NCBI GenBank assembly: GCA_951813565.1
Contig: OX638351.1
Span: forward strand, 672,001-736,000
Length of the DNA: 64,000 bases
Source of the DNA: an uncultured Poribacteria bacterium
GTDB lineage: Bacteria > Poribacteria > WGA-4E > WGA-3G
Direction: 5' to 3'
Below are positions 30,890 to 41,333 of this stretch, one piece after another. Under the pieces are notes generated by a model. That model saw only the letters and a program-made list of their open reading frames with translations, made no database searches and was not told the DNA's origin. The position numbers were made by a program, and so were the translations under genes. Every line of letters begins with the position of its first letter. Within the stretch, counting starts at the first letter, position 1.

Positions 30890-31585
30890 CTATCTGTAAT
30901 ACTTTTTCATCTGTGCCCAGCTGACAGCTAATTTTCCGCGCGCTTCAACGGCAGTTGCCTGTCCCCATGGAATATTTTCACCACTACTATCAGCTTGATG
31001 CACATCGTCAAAGTTTGGATGTCCCCAGCCGCCACTACTGCTATCAATAACAACAAGTTGTGCGGTTTTGCCCTTCAGGTCGGAAACATCCCACTCTCTC
31101 CGGGTCATGGTTTCTGTGTTACTACCGGTCATTGTACGTTCAACTTCACCATCAATTACAAGATTGACACAACAAGGTTCAGCAGTACCCCAAGCACGAT
31201 TACCGCCCCCCATAAGAAAATTCATCGATTGACCAACAATTACAAATTCAATGGAGGTTAACGTGCCTTGAGGGGCATCTACACCGTCTGCAAGATCACC
31301 TGGGTTTTGCCCTAATGCCGCACCTTTTTCCGGCCCTTGGTACTTTTCAGCTAAGCCAAGCCACCAATCACCCTGATGTTGAGAAGGCTGCCCACGGTTT
31401 CGTGCTGTTGGGTTATCTCCCCAAGTTGGTTGAAAATCAAACGCTGTTCCTGTTTTCTCCCAATCTGTTAGGTCACCTGTCTCAAAATCGTTGTTAAATG
31501 TTCGCGCTAAAGCGGGATTAACAGGTAGGAGGAACAGAACTGTGAGCATGGAGAGAATTGTGAGTGAGAAAATCAATTTTTTCAT
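30890..31585 (-). CDS. Tandem paralog of 30111-30812
   Basis: Highly similar mature sequence. Confidence 0.7.
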   Translation of the reverse strand: MKKLIFSLTILSMLTVLFLLPVNPALARTFNNDFETGDLTDWEKTGTAFDFQPTWGDNPTARNRGQPSQHQGDWWLGLAEKYQGPEKGAALGQNPGDLADGVDAPQGTLTSIEFVIVGQSMNFLMGGGNRAWGTAEPCCVNLVIDGEVERTMTGSNTETMTRREWDVSDLKGKTAQLVVIDSSSGGWGHPNFDDVHQADSSGENIPWGQATAVEARGKLAVSWAQMKKYYR

Positions 31586-31788
31586 CTGATATCTCCTTCA
31601 GTTAGGTAATACGAAAATATCGAAACGTTCTACTTTTCATAGATTTTGCAATTACAAACAAGTTAATTTTATCCGTGCTTACTAAACACATTATAGAAAT
31701 GATATATCTTTAGCAAAACTATGTCAAGAAAATTCTGGATTCTTGCTATGATGGAATTGGCAGCCCAAGCATTTCTATAAGAAAAGAA

Positions 31789-32361
31789 TTAAACGAACCC
31801 TCTCACAAAAATTAATCCGATGACACAAATAATCGCTGTCAAGGTGCGTTTTTCACTTTTGAAGGCACGTTCCCAAGAAAAATCGTGCACAGATGGAGAA
31901 GAATAGGGACGAAAATAGGGAAGGAAGCGCGGCACTTGTTCCTGATATGTTTGATAGACGGAACCGCATGATTCCAATAAATAGGTTTCTTCTACTACGA
32001 TGATCGGAAGATACTGAATAAAATATCCGATAATCAGAACAGGTATCAACCAAAGAACATTAGCAATAATGCAGACTCCGAAACTCAGCAGGAAATTGCC
32101 AAGATACAATGGATTACGGACATAGCTATAAGGACCTGTTGTAACAAGATCGCGGGCGGCACCGAGAGAAGTGGCTCGTGTGGAGCCACCAGCATATCCG
32201 ACTGCCCATATTCGGAGCAATTCACCTATAGAGATAAACAAGATGCCTATTAGTGTGGTATGCCAGGTTGATTTTGCGAAATAGAGCAATGCGAGAATAA
32301 ATGGAATCGGGGTGAAACTGCGGATTTTGAAGAAAAAGTTACCGAGTTTGGGGGAAATCAT
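31789..32361 (-). CDS. Isoprenylcysteine carboxylmethyltransferase / PEMT family membrane protein
   Basis: LVTTGPYSYVRNPLYLG, EE.YL, Y...VPRF. Confidence 0.88.
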   Translation of the reverse strand: MISPKLGNFFFKIRSFTPIPFILALLYFAKSTWHTTLIGILFISIGELLRIWAVGYAGGSTRATSLGAARDLVTTGPYSYVRNPLYLGNFLLSFGVCIIANVLWLIPVLIIGYFIQYLPIIVVEETYLLESCGSVYQTYQEQVPRFLPYFRPYSSPSVHDFSWERAFKSEKRTLTAIICVIGLIFVRGFV

Positions 32362-32452
32362 GATAGTCGTGGAAAACTTTGGGAACAGACTTAAAATCGG
32401 AAAAGGTTGAGTGTAGGTTACTGGACAATGTGAGGACTCTACCTTTAAATTT

Positions 32453-33562
32453 CTATCTTGGCGTTCGCCATATTAAGATACTACCGACAATACCGTATAA
32501 AATGTTTGCGCCCCAACAGGCTACAAAGGGATGGAGTTTGCCGTTCTCACTTAGTCCTTCAAGCGTGGCAAAAGAGAGTGCCCAATAGATAAAGACAAGG
32601 AAGAAAGCGATCACTAAGCCCGCGAAAAATCCGGCTTTTCCGAAACGTATTGCAATAGGCGCGCCTAACATTACAACAACAACCGCTGCAAATGGATATG
32701 CTCGTTTGTGATGTAATTTGACGTGTTCAATCCGAGAAATTTGCCCTGCTTCTTTTTTATAGGCGATCTGTTCTTTAAGTTCCTTAATCGTCATCCCCCT
32801 TGGGTCTTTATCGCTACCGATGAAGCGTGCAGGGTCCTCATAACGTTCTATAGACATCTCTTTAAAAGTTTCATAATCAACTTCTGTTTCATTTTCAAAG
32901 TGGCGAATGTGTCCTTCGGTCAGCACCCAATGCGTCGGTGTCCATGTTGTTTCCTTGGCATAAATAGTACGCTGGAGTTCCCCTGCCTCATTCGATTCCC
33001 AAATGGTCATTTTACTAATTATTTTGTCTTGTAAATTAATTCTGTGGGAATAAAAGATACGATTGCCTCTGCCTTTAAAAACAAGGTGTCTTCCGTATCG
33101 TGGGCGTTCTTTTTTTTGTAGCAGATTCGCTTCATGGTAAGCTGGAGATGCGATGCGGTCATAAAAAAAAGCAAAAAGCACACAAATAACAAGCGTCACA
33201 ATAAGAACAGGGGTAAGAATTCGGTAGACGCTTATTCCACCTGCTTTCATTGCAACAAATTCGTTATTACGAACCATCCGTCCAAGGACGAAGAAGATAG
33301 CGACAAAACCTGACACGGGGACGATCTCCATAATCCGCCGCGGTGCTTGGAATAGAACGATTTTCACAGCAGCGAAATAAGCGATACCCTCTTCAAAATG
33401 TTTGATATCCTTATCTAATAAACGAACGATGACAACGAGCGCGCTAAAGAAAAAGAAGCCGACGAAAAAGGCTTTGAGGTATTCTTTAATCAGGTACCGG
33501 TCTAAGATATTCAAGCGATTTTTCCTACTTTGCCCATTAAGATTCCGCGTTTCTATTAACAA
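32453..33562 (-). CDS. lptG: LPS export ABC permease LptG-like
   Basis: ILDRYL, NEFVAMKAGGIS, WGAN. Confidence 0.8.
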   Translation of the reverse strand: MLIETRNLNGQSRKNRLNILDRYLIKEYLKAFFVGFFFFSALVVIVRLLDKDIKHFEEGIAYFAAVKIVLFQAPRRIMEIVPVSGFVAIFFVLGRMVRNNEFVAMKAGGISVYRILTPVLIVTLVICVLFAFFYDRIASPAYHEANLLQKKERPRYGRHLVFKGRGNRIFYSHRINLQDKIISKMTIWESNEAGELQRTIYAKETTWTPTHWVLTEGHIRHFENETEVDYETFKEMSIERYEDPARFIGSDKDPRGMTIKELKEQIAYKKEAGQISRIEHVKLHHKRAYPFAAVVVVMLGAPIAIRFGKAGFFAGLVIAFFLVFIYWALSFATLEGLSENGKLHPFVACWGANILYGIVGSILIWRTPR

Positions 33563-34739
33563 AAAGCGGAATTTTACGTTCTTTATTATGCCATGCCCTT
33601 AGTTTACCTTCGCTCATCATGCCGGTAAATAGCACTATTCCGAGCACACCGACAACAAGATTTGGAAGCCACATTGCCAAAGCAGGATGGAATTGACCGC
33701 TTAAGCCTGTACTTTGTCCAATCTGAAGCAGTAGGTAATATAGCAGTATAACGGCTAACCCGATACCAAATCCGATCATTCTTCCGTTCTTTTTTACCAT
33801 AAATCCGAGTGGGATGCCGATTATGCTAAATGCTAAGCAGGCAAACGGAAGGGCAAACTTTTTGTGATACTCAACCTTTGCATACCGGAGTCTATTTAAA
33901 GTGTACTCAGATGGTTTTTCAGGTTTTAGGGATTTTTCTAATTTTTTGATATGTGTGTTAAGCTCTCCGATACGCATTGCTTGCGGATGCTGTGTCTTAT
34001 ATTCTCTCCGTTGTAAATCTTCTTTATAGTTGAGAGCGATCTGTTGTTCTTGAAATTGCGTAATTCTGAACCCTTCGGAGCCGTCAGTTAAGGGCTCATA
34101 GGTATGCCCGTCGTAAAGCGTCAATTTGGTACTGCCGCCTTCAAAGCCAAGACTGGCGGATTGTGCGAGAGTGAAGCGCGGTTGCCCCGGAAAAATTTCG
34201 TCCCAGATTCTCACATTCTGTAACCTTTCTGTTTTAGGATCAGTAGATTCGTACATCCAAAGTTTTCCCTCTGTTTCAAGCTCTTTCATGACGGTGTCTT
34301 CTTCCAAAATGAGAGCAGGATTGTGTTTTTGGATGTCGCGTTTAAGTGAAACAGAAGAAAGTGTTGCTCGTGGCAGTACATATTCCATCAGTGCTAAGTC
34401 GACCGCACTTAATATTACAGTTGCGCTCAGGAGGGGTACCATAAGTTGATGGAAACCAACACCATGAGCACGCATTGCCATTATTTCTGAATCTGTAGAG
34501 AGTCGTCCTAATGCCAACAGGATTGCAACTAACGCCGCCATCGGAATTGACAGAACAACCGTTGCAGGCATCACATACAGCAGTGATTCAATCAGATAAA
34601 GGGGGCTTACCCCTTTCTTAACGAAAAGTTTGACTAACCGAAATAGCTCGTCAAAAAGTATGATACAGGTAAAACAGATAAGTGATATTAAAAATGGTGG
34701 AATGAACTCTTTTAGACAATAACGTGACAGTATTTTCAT
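33537..34739 (-). CDS. lptF: LPS export ABC permease LptF-like
   Basis: ILSRY, GRLSTDSEIMAMRA.G, EYHKKFALPFAC, WLPN. Confidence 0.82.
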   Translation of the reverse strand: MKILSRYCLKEFIPPFLISLICFTCIILFDELFRLVKLFVKKGVSPLYLIESLLYVMPATVVLSIPMAALVAILLALGRLSTDSEIMAMRAHGVGFHQLMVPLLSATVILSAVDLALMEYVLPRATLSSVSLKRDIQKHNPALILEEDTVMKELETEGKLWMYESTDPKTERLQNVRIWDEIFPGQPRFTLAQSASLGFEGGSTKLTLYDGHTYEPLTDGSEGFRITQFQEQQIALNYKEDLQRREYKTQHPQAMRIGELNTHIKKLEKSLKPEKPSEYTLNRLRYAKVEYHKKFALPFACLAFSIIGIPLGFMVKKNGRMIGFGIGLAVILLYYLLLQIGQSTGLSGQFHPALAMWLPNLVVGVLGIVLFTGMMSEGKLRAWHNKERKIPLFVNRNAES

Positions 34740-34924
34740 AATTTCTTTTTAACTCTATACACAATTTCGTAGAGCAGATGCACTTGTGAACAGCAAGCAG
34801 ACTTTACATTTATTAATCTCTTTGATTAGACTCCTGCAATCTGGCAGAACACATAAGGCTTAATTTATTATTAGTTGCTTTTTAAGTAAAAAATGTTTAA
34901 AAAATTTGCGTTTTTAATTAGAAA

Positions 34925-35422
34925 TTGTGTTATGGACATGTTATCATGTTAATTATGAACATTACACTGGAATCAATTCAGTTAACTACATCAGATTTGT
35001 CAGAGTATTCTGCCCATCTAAGTTCATCGCAAGAACTTTATTCTCCGACTGCGCCTGCAAAACCTATTGCACAATTCGGTTGGCGTGATCGATGGTGGTT
35101 GAATAATGCGCCTGCGGAACAAGTCGCACTCAATTATTGGTTTTTTCAATCATCTGATGAGGCTTACACTGCAGCTGATGAAGGTCGCCTTCGGTTGTCT
35201 CCGCGAACCATCTCAAAATTCGGTGGACACGAATCTATTTATCAGCCAGTATCCAAAGATCAGGTTGAACTTGGAGATTCAGTGTGGCAGGCGGGACCGA
35301 ATTGGCTTTTCGTTCGAGAGACCGTCGTTGTCCTCGTCGCTGAAATCGGCGGACAAGTTTCCGATGAGACAACCCTGCAAATAGCACGTAAGATTCTTAA
35401 GAAAATTGAAAACGGACTTTAG
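34925..35422 (+). CDS. Hypothetical protein
   Basis: Only long ORF in a gene-sized gap; start uncertain (possibly 34955). Confidence 0.6.
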   Translation: MCYGHVIMLIMNITLESIQLTTSDLSEYSAHLSSSQELYSPTAPAKPIAQFGWRDRWWLNNAPAEQVALNYWFFQSSDEAYTAADEGRLRLSPRTISKFGGHESIYQPVSKDQVELGDSVWQAGPNWLFVRETVVVLVAEIGGQVSDETTLQIARKILKKIENGL

Positions 35423-35539
35423 CAGGACAGATTGATAGATAGAGATACCGTTTAACGTGGCGGAGGTGAGCACGTAACAATCACCACCGCTCTTGTAAAC
35501 GCACTCACCCATAGGATTGATCAATCCATTGTCTGTCCG

Positions 35540-36613
35540 CTACTGATAGTCTTGATACCAATTTTCAGATTGCGCGGCTAAGCGAATGTTTTCTGTCCCT
35601 CCAAAGTGACGATGTTCAAACCACGGTAACGCGTTTTCTGCTGCTGCATTTGCATTATGGAAATTGGTTGTTGCTTCATTTTCGAGAAATTGCGTGACTG
35701 CCCCAGTGTCAGGATAAAAATCAACAGCATCTTTCCAAATTGCGCGTCCGCATAGGAACCCGCTCGCGCCTGCTGCTGAAGCGAGTTGAACGTTTTCAAT
35801 GAATTCCTCAATATCTACTCCAGCACTTAAAATGACCCACGGCAACGTTGAAGCTTCATCTAATTTCTGACAGACATCTTTAACCTCACTCAAGTCGTAA
35901 GCAGATTCACCCGCATAAAACGCTCGATCTTTATACGCATCCGTGTATTTTAAATCCGCCGGAAATTCTAATTTCAGAATATCAACTTTATAGGATGGGT
36001 CGGTAAATTCTTCAACACTGCGGATGACCAGGTCCGGTTTCTGCTTCGCAAATCCAACGCTCTTTGTTGTGCCTTCTAAAGCATAGCTCACGAGTTCAAG
36101 TAGAAACGGCAGATCATGTTTCTCACATTCATCTCCAACATGACGGACAAAGGCTTGTTGATGCTGCAGCGTTGCTTCAGAAGCATCGGGATGATAATAT
36201 GCGAGTAGTTTGATAGCGTCTGCGCCTGCCCGCTGTGCTTTTTCAATAGTCCAATTTTCGATTGGGTTGGAGAGCCGCTCATTTTCACTAACACCTTCAC
36301 TCACGTAGCCTGATGCTTCATAAGCCAGAAGTAGCGCTACATCCCGTGGGATCTCCATAATTGAATACGGGTGTCCATAGATAGGGTCAGTCAAAACTGC
36401 TGTAGCATTCGGGGCAAGAATTCGTGTAATTAAAGTTTTTAGCGATGCAACATCAGAATATTTGACATTTGTTTTGTCAATGTCAAGGACTTCTCCAAGT
36501 TTGGTCACCATAGAACCGCGTTGGTCAATCGCCATCATCTTAAACTTTCCGCTTGCGTCGGCGAGTTTCATGAGTCCTCTCAATTTTCCAGATGAAATAC
36601 CAATCGTAGCCAT
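35540..36613 (-). CDS. lacD: Tagatose-1,6-bisphosphate aldolase family (class I)
   Basis: AIDQRGS, GADAIKLL, DILKLEFP, PWVILSAGV, GASGFLCGRAIW. Confidence 0.88.
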   Translation of the reverse strand: MATIGISSGKLRGLMKLADASGKFKMMAIDQRGSMVTKLGEVLDIDKTNVKYSDVASLKTLITRILAPNATAVLTDPIYGHPYSIMEIPRDVALLLAYEASGYVSEGVSENERLSNPIENWTIEKAQRAGADAIKLLAYYHPDASEATLQHQQAFVRHVGDECEKHDLPFLLELVSYALEGTTKSVGFAKQKPDLVIRSVEEFTDPSYKVDILKLEFPADLKYTDAYKDRAFYAGESAYDLSEVKDVCQKLDEASTLPWVILSAGVDIEEFIENVQLASAAGASGFLCGRAIWKDAVDFYPDTGAVTQFLENEATTNFHNANAAAENALPWFEHRHFGGTENIRLAAQSENWYQDYQ

Positions 36614-36631
36614 TAAAATAAGTTCTCCTTA

Positions 36632-37696
36632 CTAATATTCGCGTTCAACGAAAAAGTGAATTAGGGATAAAAACAGGTGCTTTGCCCTATTATTTGGAAG
36701 GTGGGCAAAATTCTGATTAAACTTTTGTGCTGCTTCTTGAAGTAGTGTTTTAGAACACTTCTGTGCATATTGAATAGAGTTGTATTTCTGCATCAATTGT
36801 AAGACACTTTGAACGTCAGCTTCCGTTTTTTCAGTTCGTGGTCGTGCCATGATGTCAATAACGTCTTGTGCTTCTGATGGTGTACAGGAATTGAAAAGAT
36901 GGATAAGTACAAGAGTCCGTTTACCTTCACTAATATCCCCTGCGATCTCTTTGCCGTATCTACCAACATCGCCAATTAGATTGAGAACATCATCCTGAAT
37001 TTGGAATGCAACCCCAAGAGATTTTCCGAGTTCAATAAAAACATCAGCTTCTTCAGCACTTGCACCGCCGATGATTGCCCCCACACGACAAGGAGTGATG
37101 CAAGTATACCACGCAGTTTTCTGGATACACATGGTCCAATAATCGTCTTCGTTGAGGTTCCATTGATTATTGTGAACCCAGCTCAGTTCAATGTGTTGTC
37201 CTTCAACGACTTGGTTGCTCAGTTGTATGAATTCGGATAGGATACGGAAGGAGAGTTCGTGTCCGAGGATATCAGTATTTCGGTGAAGCATTTCCCACAT
37301 TTTACAGTGCAGTGCATCTCCGACATTGATAGCCATCGGGATTCCATGTTTTTGATGAAGGCAAGGTTCACCACGTCGAAGTTCAGAACCGTCTTCAATG
37401 TCATCGTGAATGAGAAGCCAATTCTGAAGTAGCTCCAACGCTGCAGCAGTATTGACAGCACGTTCTGCATCTCCACCGAATACCTCGCAGATAAGCAAGC
37501 AGAGTGCGGGTCTTAATCCTTTTCCCGCACGTTGCGGATAATCTAACATCATTTGGTATAACTGATGTACATCCTGATGCTTATGGGTGGTGGGAAGAAA
37601 GTCAAAGATACATGCATCTACTTTGGTTTTGACTTCCTTGAGATAAGCGGTGACGAGGTCTTTTGTTGGTGCTGGTTCACGCCCAGATTTCGGCAT
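36632..37696 (-). CDS. Polyprenyl diphosphate synthase (GGPP synthase-like)
   Basis: GK.LRP, LIHDDIED...RRG, FQIQDD, DISEGK.T. Confidence 0.92.
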   Translation of the reverse strand: MPKSGREPAPTKDLVTAYLKEVKTKVDACIFDFLPTTHKHQDVHQLYQMMLDYPQRAGKGLRPALCLLICEVFGGDAERAVNTAAALELLQNWLLIHDDIEDGSELRRGEPCLHQKHGIPMAINVGDALHCKMWEMLHRNTDILGHELSFRILSEFIQLSNQVVEGQHIELSWVHNNQWNLNEDDYWTMCIQKTAWYTCITPCRVGAIIGGASAEEADVFIELGKSLGVAFQIQDDVLNLIGDVGRYGKEIAGDISEGKRTLVLIHLFNSCTPSEAQDVIDIMARPRTEKTEADVQSVLQLMQKYNSIQYAQKCSKTLLQEAAQKFNQNFAHLPNNRAKHLFLSLIHFFVEREY

Positions 37697-38500
37697 GGAT
37701 CTTTTTAATTCCTTTTCCAGTCGGTTCTCCTATAGCTGCATATATCAATTATAAAGTATACCATATTGTGTGGTGAAAATCAAGTTTTTTGTTGAATAGG
37801 CAGGGTTATTTAGTTTTAAGAATTATCAGTTACTGAGTTTTACTGTGAGTTTATATCGTCCGTCGGGTAGCGCTTACGAAACCCGACAAATGCCAAAAAG
37901 CGCACTTGACGTTGATTTGGACATGGTAGTAGGCACGCGCCGCTTTCCGTCCGAAAGCCAAGAAATTACGGCACACGGCGTGTGCCTACTACTTTGCATC
38001 GCACATCTTTTTTGTAAGTTGAGGCTATGGATAGAGTGATAGCGAAACCCGACCACAATGCTGCTATAAAACATTAACGTTTGTGATGAAATACGCCAGA
38101 AAAACCGAAAACTAAATAACCCTATTGGATAGGTATGTACAGTTTTTGTAGATTGTCTGAACCAAGATTTGCAAGATTATAGGATTTCCAAGATTAGTCT
38201 TATGCTGTGCGGATGCTCACCATCCTGTAAATCTGGAAATTCTGATAATCTTGGTTCAGACAAGGATAAAACCTTGTAATACCAATTCTAATAGAAAACG
38301 TATCATTACAGAGATTTACTGGGATTTTGAAACTCGACGAATGTGAATGTAAGAGGCGCAATGAATTGCGCGACTACAAACACGTTTTTTGTTAATGATG
38401 ATCTATCATTCAGAAATGGTATAATATCGGACTTACAAAGTCCTCCTACAAGAAAGGGGCGCGACAATCTATTAAAATGTGGATAGAATTGGCGCGTAAT

Positions 38501-38728
38501 CTATGATTCCGTATTGTGGTCAAGATCGAGGGCGATGAAACGAAATCCGGTGGGTTTGAGTTTTTCAACGAGGGTGGTGCGCAGTTCAAGTACACGCGTA
38601 AACTCAGAATCGGACACTTGTATTCTTAAAACCGGTTTATGGTCAAATAGTGTGGCACTTTTAATATTGAATTCTTCAATAAGTTGCTCCGCTTGCTCCA
38701 AAGCAGAAAGTGCTGGTTGGATTTCCAT
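38501..38728 (-). CDS. Small protein resembling the LarE C-terminal domain
   Basis: VLRIQV...LKPTGFRFIALDL; start set at MEIQP just after the SDR stop. Confidence 0.5.
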   Translation of the reverse strand: MEIQPALSALEQAEQLIEEFNIKSATLFDHKPVLRIQVSDSEFTRVLELRTTLVEKLKPTGFRFIALDLDHNTES

Positions 38729-38729
38729 A

Positions 38730-39536
38730 TTATGTGCGTTTTCTCCAGTCACTGCCTGCCATAAATCCACCATCAACGAACACCATTTGTCCGGTAACAA
38801 AATCTGATGCGTTAGATGCAAAGAAAATCGTCAATCCTGCTAAATCTTCCGGTTCACCCCAGCGATATGCGGGTGTGCGGTTAAGAATCCATTCGTTTCG
38901 GCTATCTTCTCGCGCGGGGGCGGTCATCTCTGTCCGGATAAATCCAGGTGCAATCCCGTTGACTTGGATATTATGCTCTGCCCATTCAACAGCAAGCAGT
39001 TTTGTAAGTTGTAAGAGACCGCCTTTCGCTGCAGTATATGCCACACTTGTCGGGAGTCCAATTGCTGATGTAAGAGATAACGTATTGATGACCTTACCGC
39101 CACCCTGTTTTTCCATGACTTTGCCGCAGGCTTTCGCGAGGAAAAATGCTCCCTTCAAATTGACATCCGTGACGAAGTCCCAATCTTCTTCATTGAATTC
39201 CAATGCGGGGTTTCGCACATTCACACCCGCATTGTTCACCAGTACGTCAAGTCTACCGAAAGTTTCAACGGTTTGTGCAACGAGCGAGTCAATTTCCTGA
39301 AGATTCCCAACATCCGCCCGAATTGGTAGAACGGTTCTGCCGGTTTCGTCAGCAATTTGTTCAGCAACAGGAGTGAGCGTAGCCATCTCTCTACCTGCGA
39401 TGACAAGTTCAGAACCTGCGCCTGCAAGCCCTGCAGCCATAGCTCTGCCGATGCCGCGACTTGCGCCACTCACAAGACTCACCTTACCATCTAACCGAAA
39501 ATGCTGAACAGTATCTGCAGCAGATTTATGATTCAT
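38730..39536 (-). CDS. Short-chain dehydrogenase (KduD / gluconate 5-dehydrogenase-like)
   Basis: GASRGIG, NNAG, YTAAKGG, NGIAPG. Confidence 0.92.
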   Translation of the reverse strand: MNHKSAADTVQHFRLDGKVSLVSGASRGIGRAMAAGLAGAGSELVIAGREMATLTPVAEQIADETGRTVLPIRADVGNLQEIDSLVAQTVETFGRLDVLVNNAGVNVRNPALEFNEEDWDFVTDVNLKGAFFLAKACGKVMEKQGGGKVINTLSLTSAIGLPTSVAYTAAKGGLLQLTKLLAVEWAEHNIQVNGIAPGFIRTEMTAPAREDSRNEWILNRTPAYRWGEPEDLAGLTIFFASNASDFVTGQMVFVDGGFMAGSDWRKRT

Positions 39537-39557
39537 ACCTATATTCCATTAAAAGGG

Positions 39558-40742
39558 TTATTTAGTTTTATTTAACTCCATCAACTTATCCGAATCAATA
39601 ACCTTAATTTCTCCGTTATGTTCATAAGCAAGAGAAATGAGTAGGTGTGCGTGAGGGGAAAGTCGTGGATCAATTTCCAGGGCGACGACATAGATTCTTG
39701 CGTTTTTTATGTTTTTTTCACGCATCGTGTCAAGAATTTTCTGTGGGTCAATTTCAATATTGGGCCCCTTCGTTGGAAGTCCATCCGTAACCAAAACAAT
39801 CACAGTGGGATCAAACGTTAAAGCTTTTTCAAGAGCACCAAGGATATTCGTCTTTGTGTTATCTTGGATACTTTTAGGAGTGTAAGTGTCAAGGTATCGC
39901 AAAGCCTGTTTTATATTTGTTTCATCTGCGGGTAGCAATCTCTCACTCATTAGCCTTGCAGTGAGAGAGAAAGGAAGGATATTAAAAGTAGACTCACTAC
40001 TGAGCGCTAAAACGGAATCTTTGACAGCATTGAGTGCCAATCCGAGCTTATTTAGACCGGGGGCTCCCATACTTGCAGAGATATCAAGACAGTAAACGAC
40101 ATCCTGCGGACCACCAAGATCATTGAGAAACTTGATAATATCGAGAGGGTCTTTGCTACCGGAATGTCCACTGCCTTCAAGGAGTCCACCACCGTCACCA
40201 CCTTGGGAAATCCCGCGATATTTGCCTGTCCCGTCACCACGTGCGCGGACCCGTCCTGTAACAAGTCCTTTGCCATCAGTCTGTCCGGGTTGTGAGATAA
40301 GGCGGCTGAGGTTTGATGCTTCAGCGTCCCTTAGCTTTGCATCTGTCATCAAGTCCGGCACTAATTCGTTTACAGGTGCATTGTTGACTTCAACGTCATG
40401 AATAACAATTTTTTCGCTCTGTTTGACAACTTCATCGCGCTCGTTCCTTGCAGCATCTATTCTTTTCTGCTCCGCGTCTTTCGCGAGGTTTTGCTTTGGG
40501 TCGAACCGTTTTTTTGTAAGCGGTGGTTTTGGCCGCATTCTTCGTTCCGCCAGAGGATCCTGCTCCTTAAATAGATCGAAAGCAAGTGCGTCTGATTGGT
40601 CATTCGCAACCGGACTCAAAGGTAAAAAAAGGTAAACAATAGCAACAGTCATGTGAAGGATAAGCGATAGCAAAATAATTGAGCGCATCCGAGTTTTGCG
40701 CTGTTCTTTTTCAGCATATCGGTTTGTCATTTCATCTAACAT
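39558..40742 (-). CDS. Membrane-anchored vWA domain protein
   Basis: N-terminal TM (SLILH), MIDAS DISASM, LVTDG. Confidence 0.85.
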   Translation of the reverse strand: MLDEMTNRYAEKEQRKTRMRSIILLSLILHMTVAIVYLFLPLSPVANDQSDALAFDLFKEQDPLAERRMRPKPPLTKKRFDPKQNLAKDAEQKRIDAARNERDEVVKQSEKIVIHDVEVNNAPVNELVPDLMTDAKLRDAEASNLSRLISQPGQTDGKGLVTGRVRARGDGTGKYRGISQGGDGGGLLEGSGHSGSKDPLDIIKFLNDLGGPQDVVYCLDISASMGAPGLNKLGLALNAVKDSVLALSSESTFNILPFSLTARLMSERLLPADETNIKQALRYLDTYTPKSIQDNTKTNILGALEKALTFDPTVIVLVTDGLPTKGPNIEIDPQKILDTMREKNIKNARIYVVALEIDPRLSPHAHLLISLAYEHNGEIKVIDSDKLMELNKTK

Positions 40743-40774
40743 TTTAATTTCCTCCGAGTGAATTAGTGAAGGCT

Positions 40775-41290
40775 TCAATCATTACTATCAGGAAGTTTTT
40801 CAAGCGCATCAATCCATTGGCTGCCTTCGGATGTCAGTTCATAGTATGTATGGTTTCTGTGTTTTATCCATTTTCCTTTGACGATGTTTTTTCGGTAGTG
40901 TATAATCCTTCCTTCTACACGTTTCAATCCGCCAAGTTCCCTAAGTTTGCGATGACGTTGCTGCATTTCTTCAAGTGGAATTCTTAAAGTCTCCGCAACG
41001 ACTTTTGAATAATCCATCCCTAATTCTTGGTGGTGCTTCAATATAAAATAATCGGTTTCATCTAATTCCGCAACTTCAGATGGAATATCCTGTGAAGTAT
41101 CAGGTATTTTGGACTTATGAATCTCTTCCCACGATACATCTAACAATCTTTCTGCTCTCAAACTGGAAACTGCTGAACATGATGAATCGTGGACAGTAAT
41201 GGTGCCATCCTCCTTGAAATAGCCTATAATCTGGTTATCTTTTTCAGGTGTACAACACTTTGCGATTTTATATGTGAGTTCATCTACCAT
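40775..41290 (-). CDS. RelA/SpoT Zn-finger/RIS-like domain fused to a DUF2250-like winged helix
   Basis: AKCCTP..IIGY..ITVH..C..ERLLDVSW followed by KHRNHTYYELT.EG. Confidence 0.65.
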   Translation of the reverse strand: MVDELTYKIAKCCTPEKDNQIIGYFKEDGTITVHDSSCSAVSSLRAERLLDVSWEEIHKSKIPDTSQDIPSEVAELDETDYFILKHHQELGMDYSKVVAETLRIPLEEMQQRHRKLRELGGLKRVEGRIIHYRKNIVKGKWIKHRNHTYYELTSEGSQWIDALEKLPDSND

Positions 41291-41333
41291 TTGCCTGAAA
41301 CCCTACAAACCTTAATCGAATAGGATTGAAATT

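Noticed and set aside
30111..31585. Diversity-generating retroelement TR/VR pair
   Set aside because: Both copies are full genes, differences are not adenine-specific and there is no reverse transcriptase in the window
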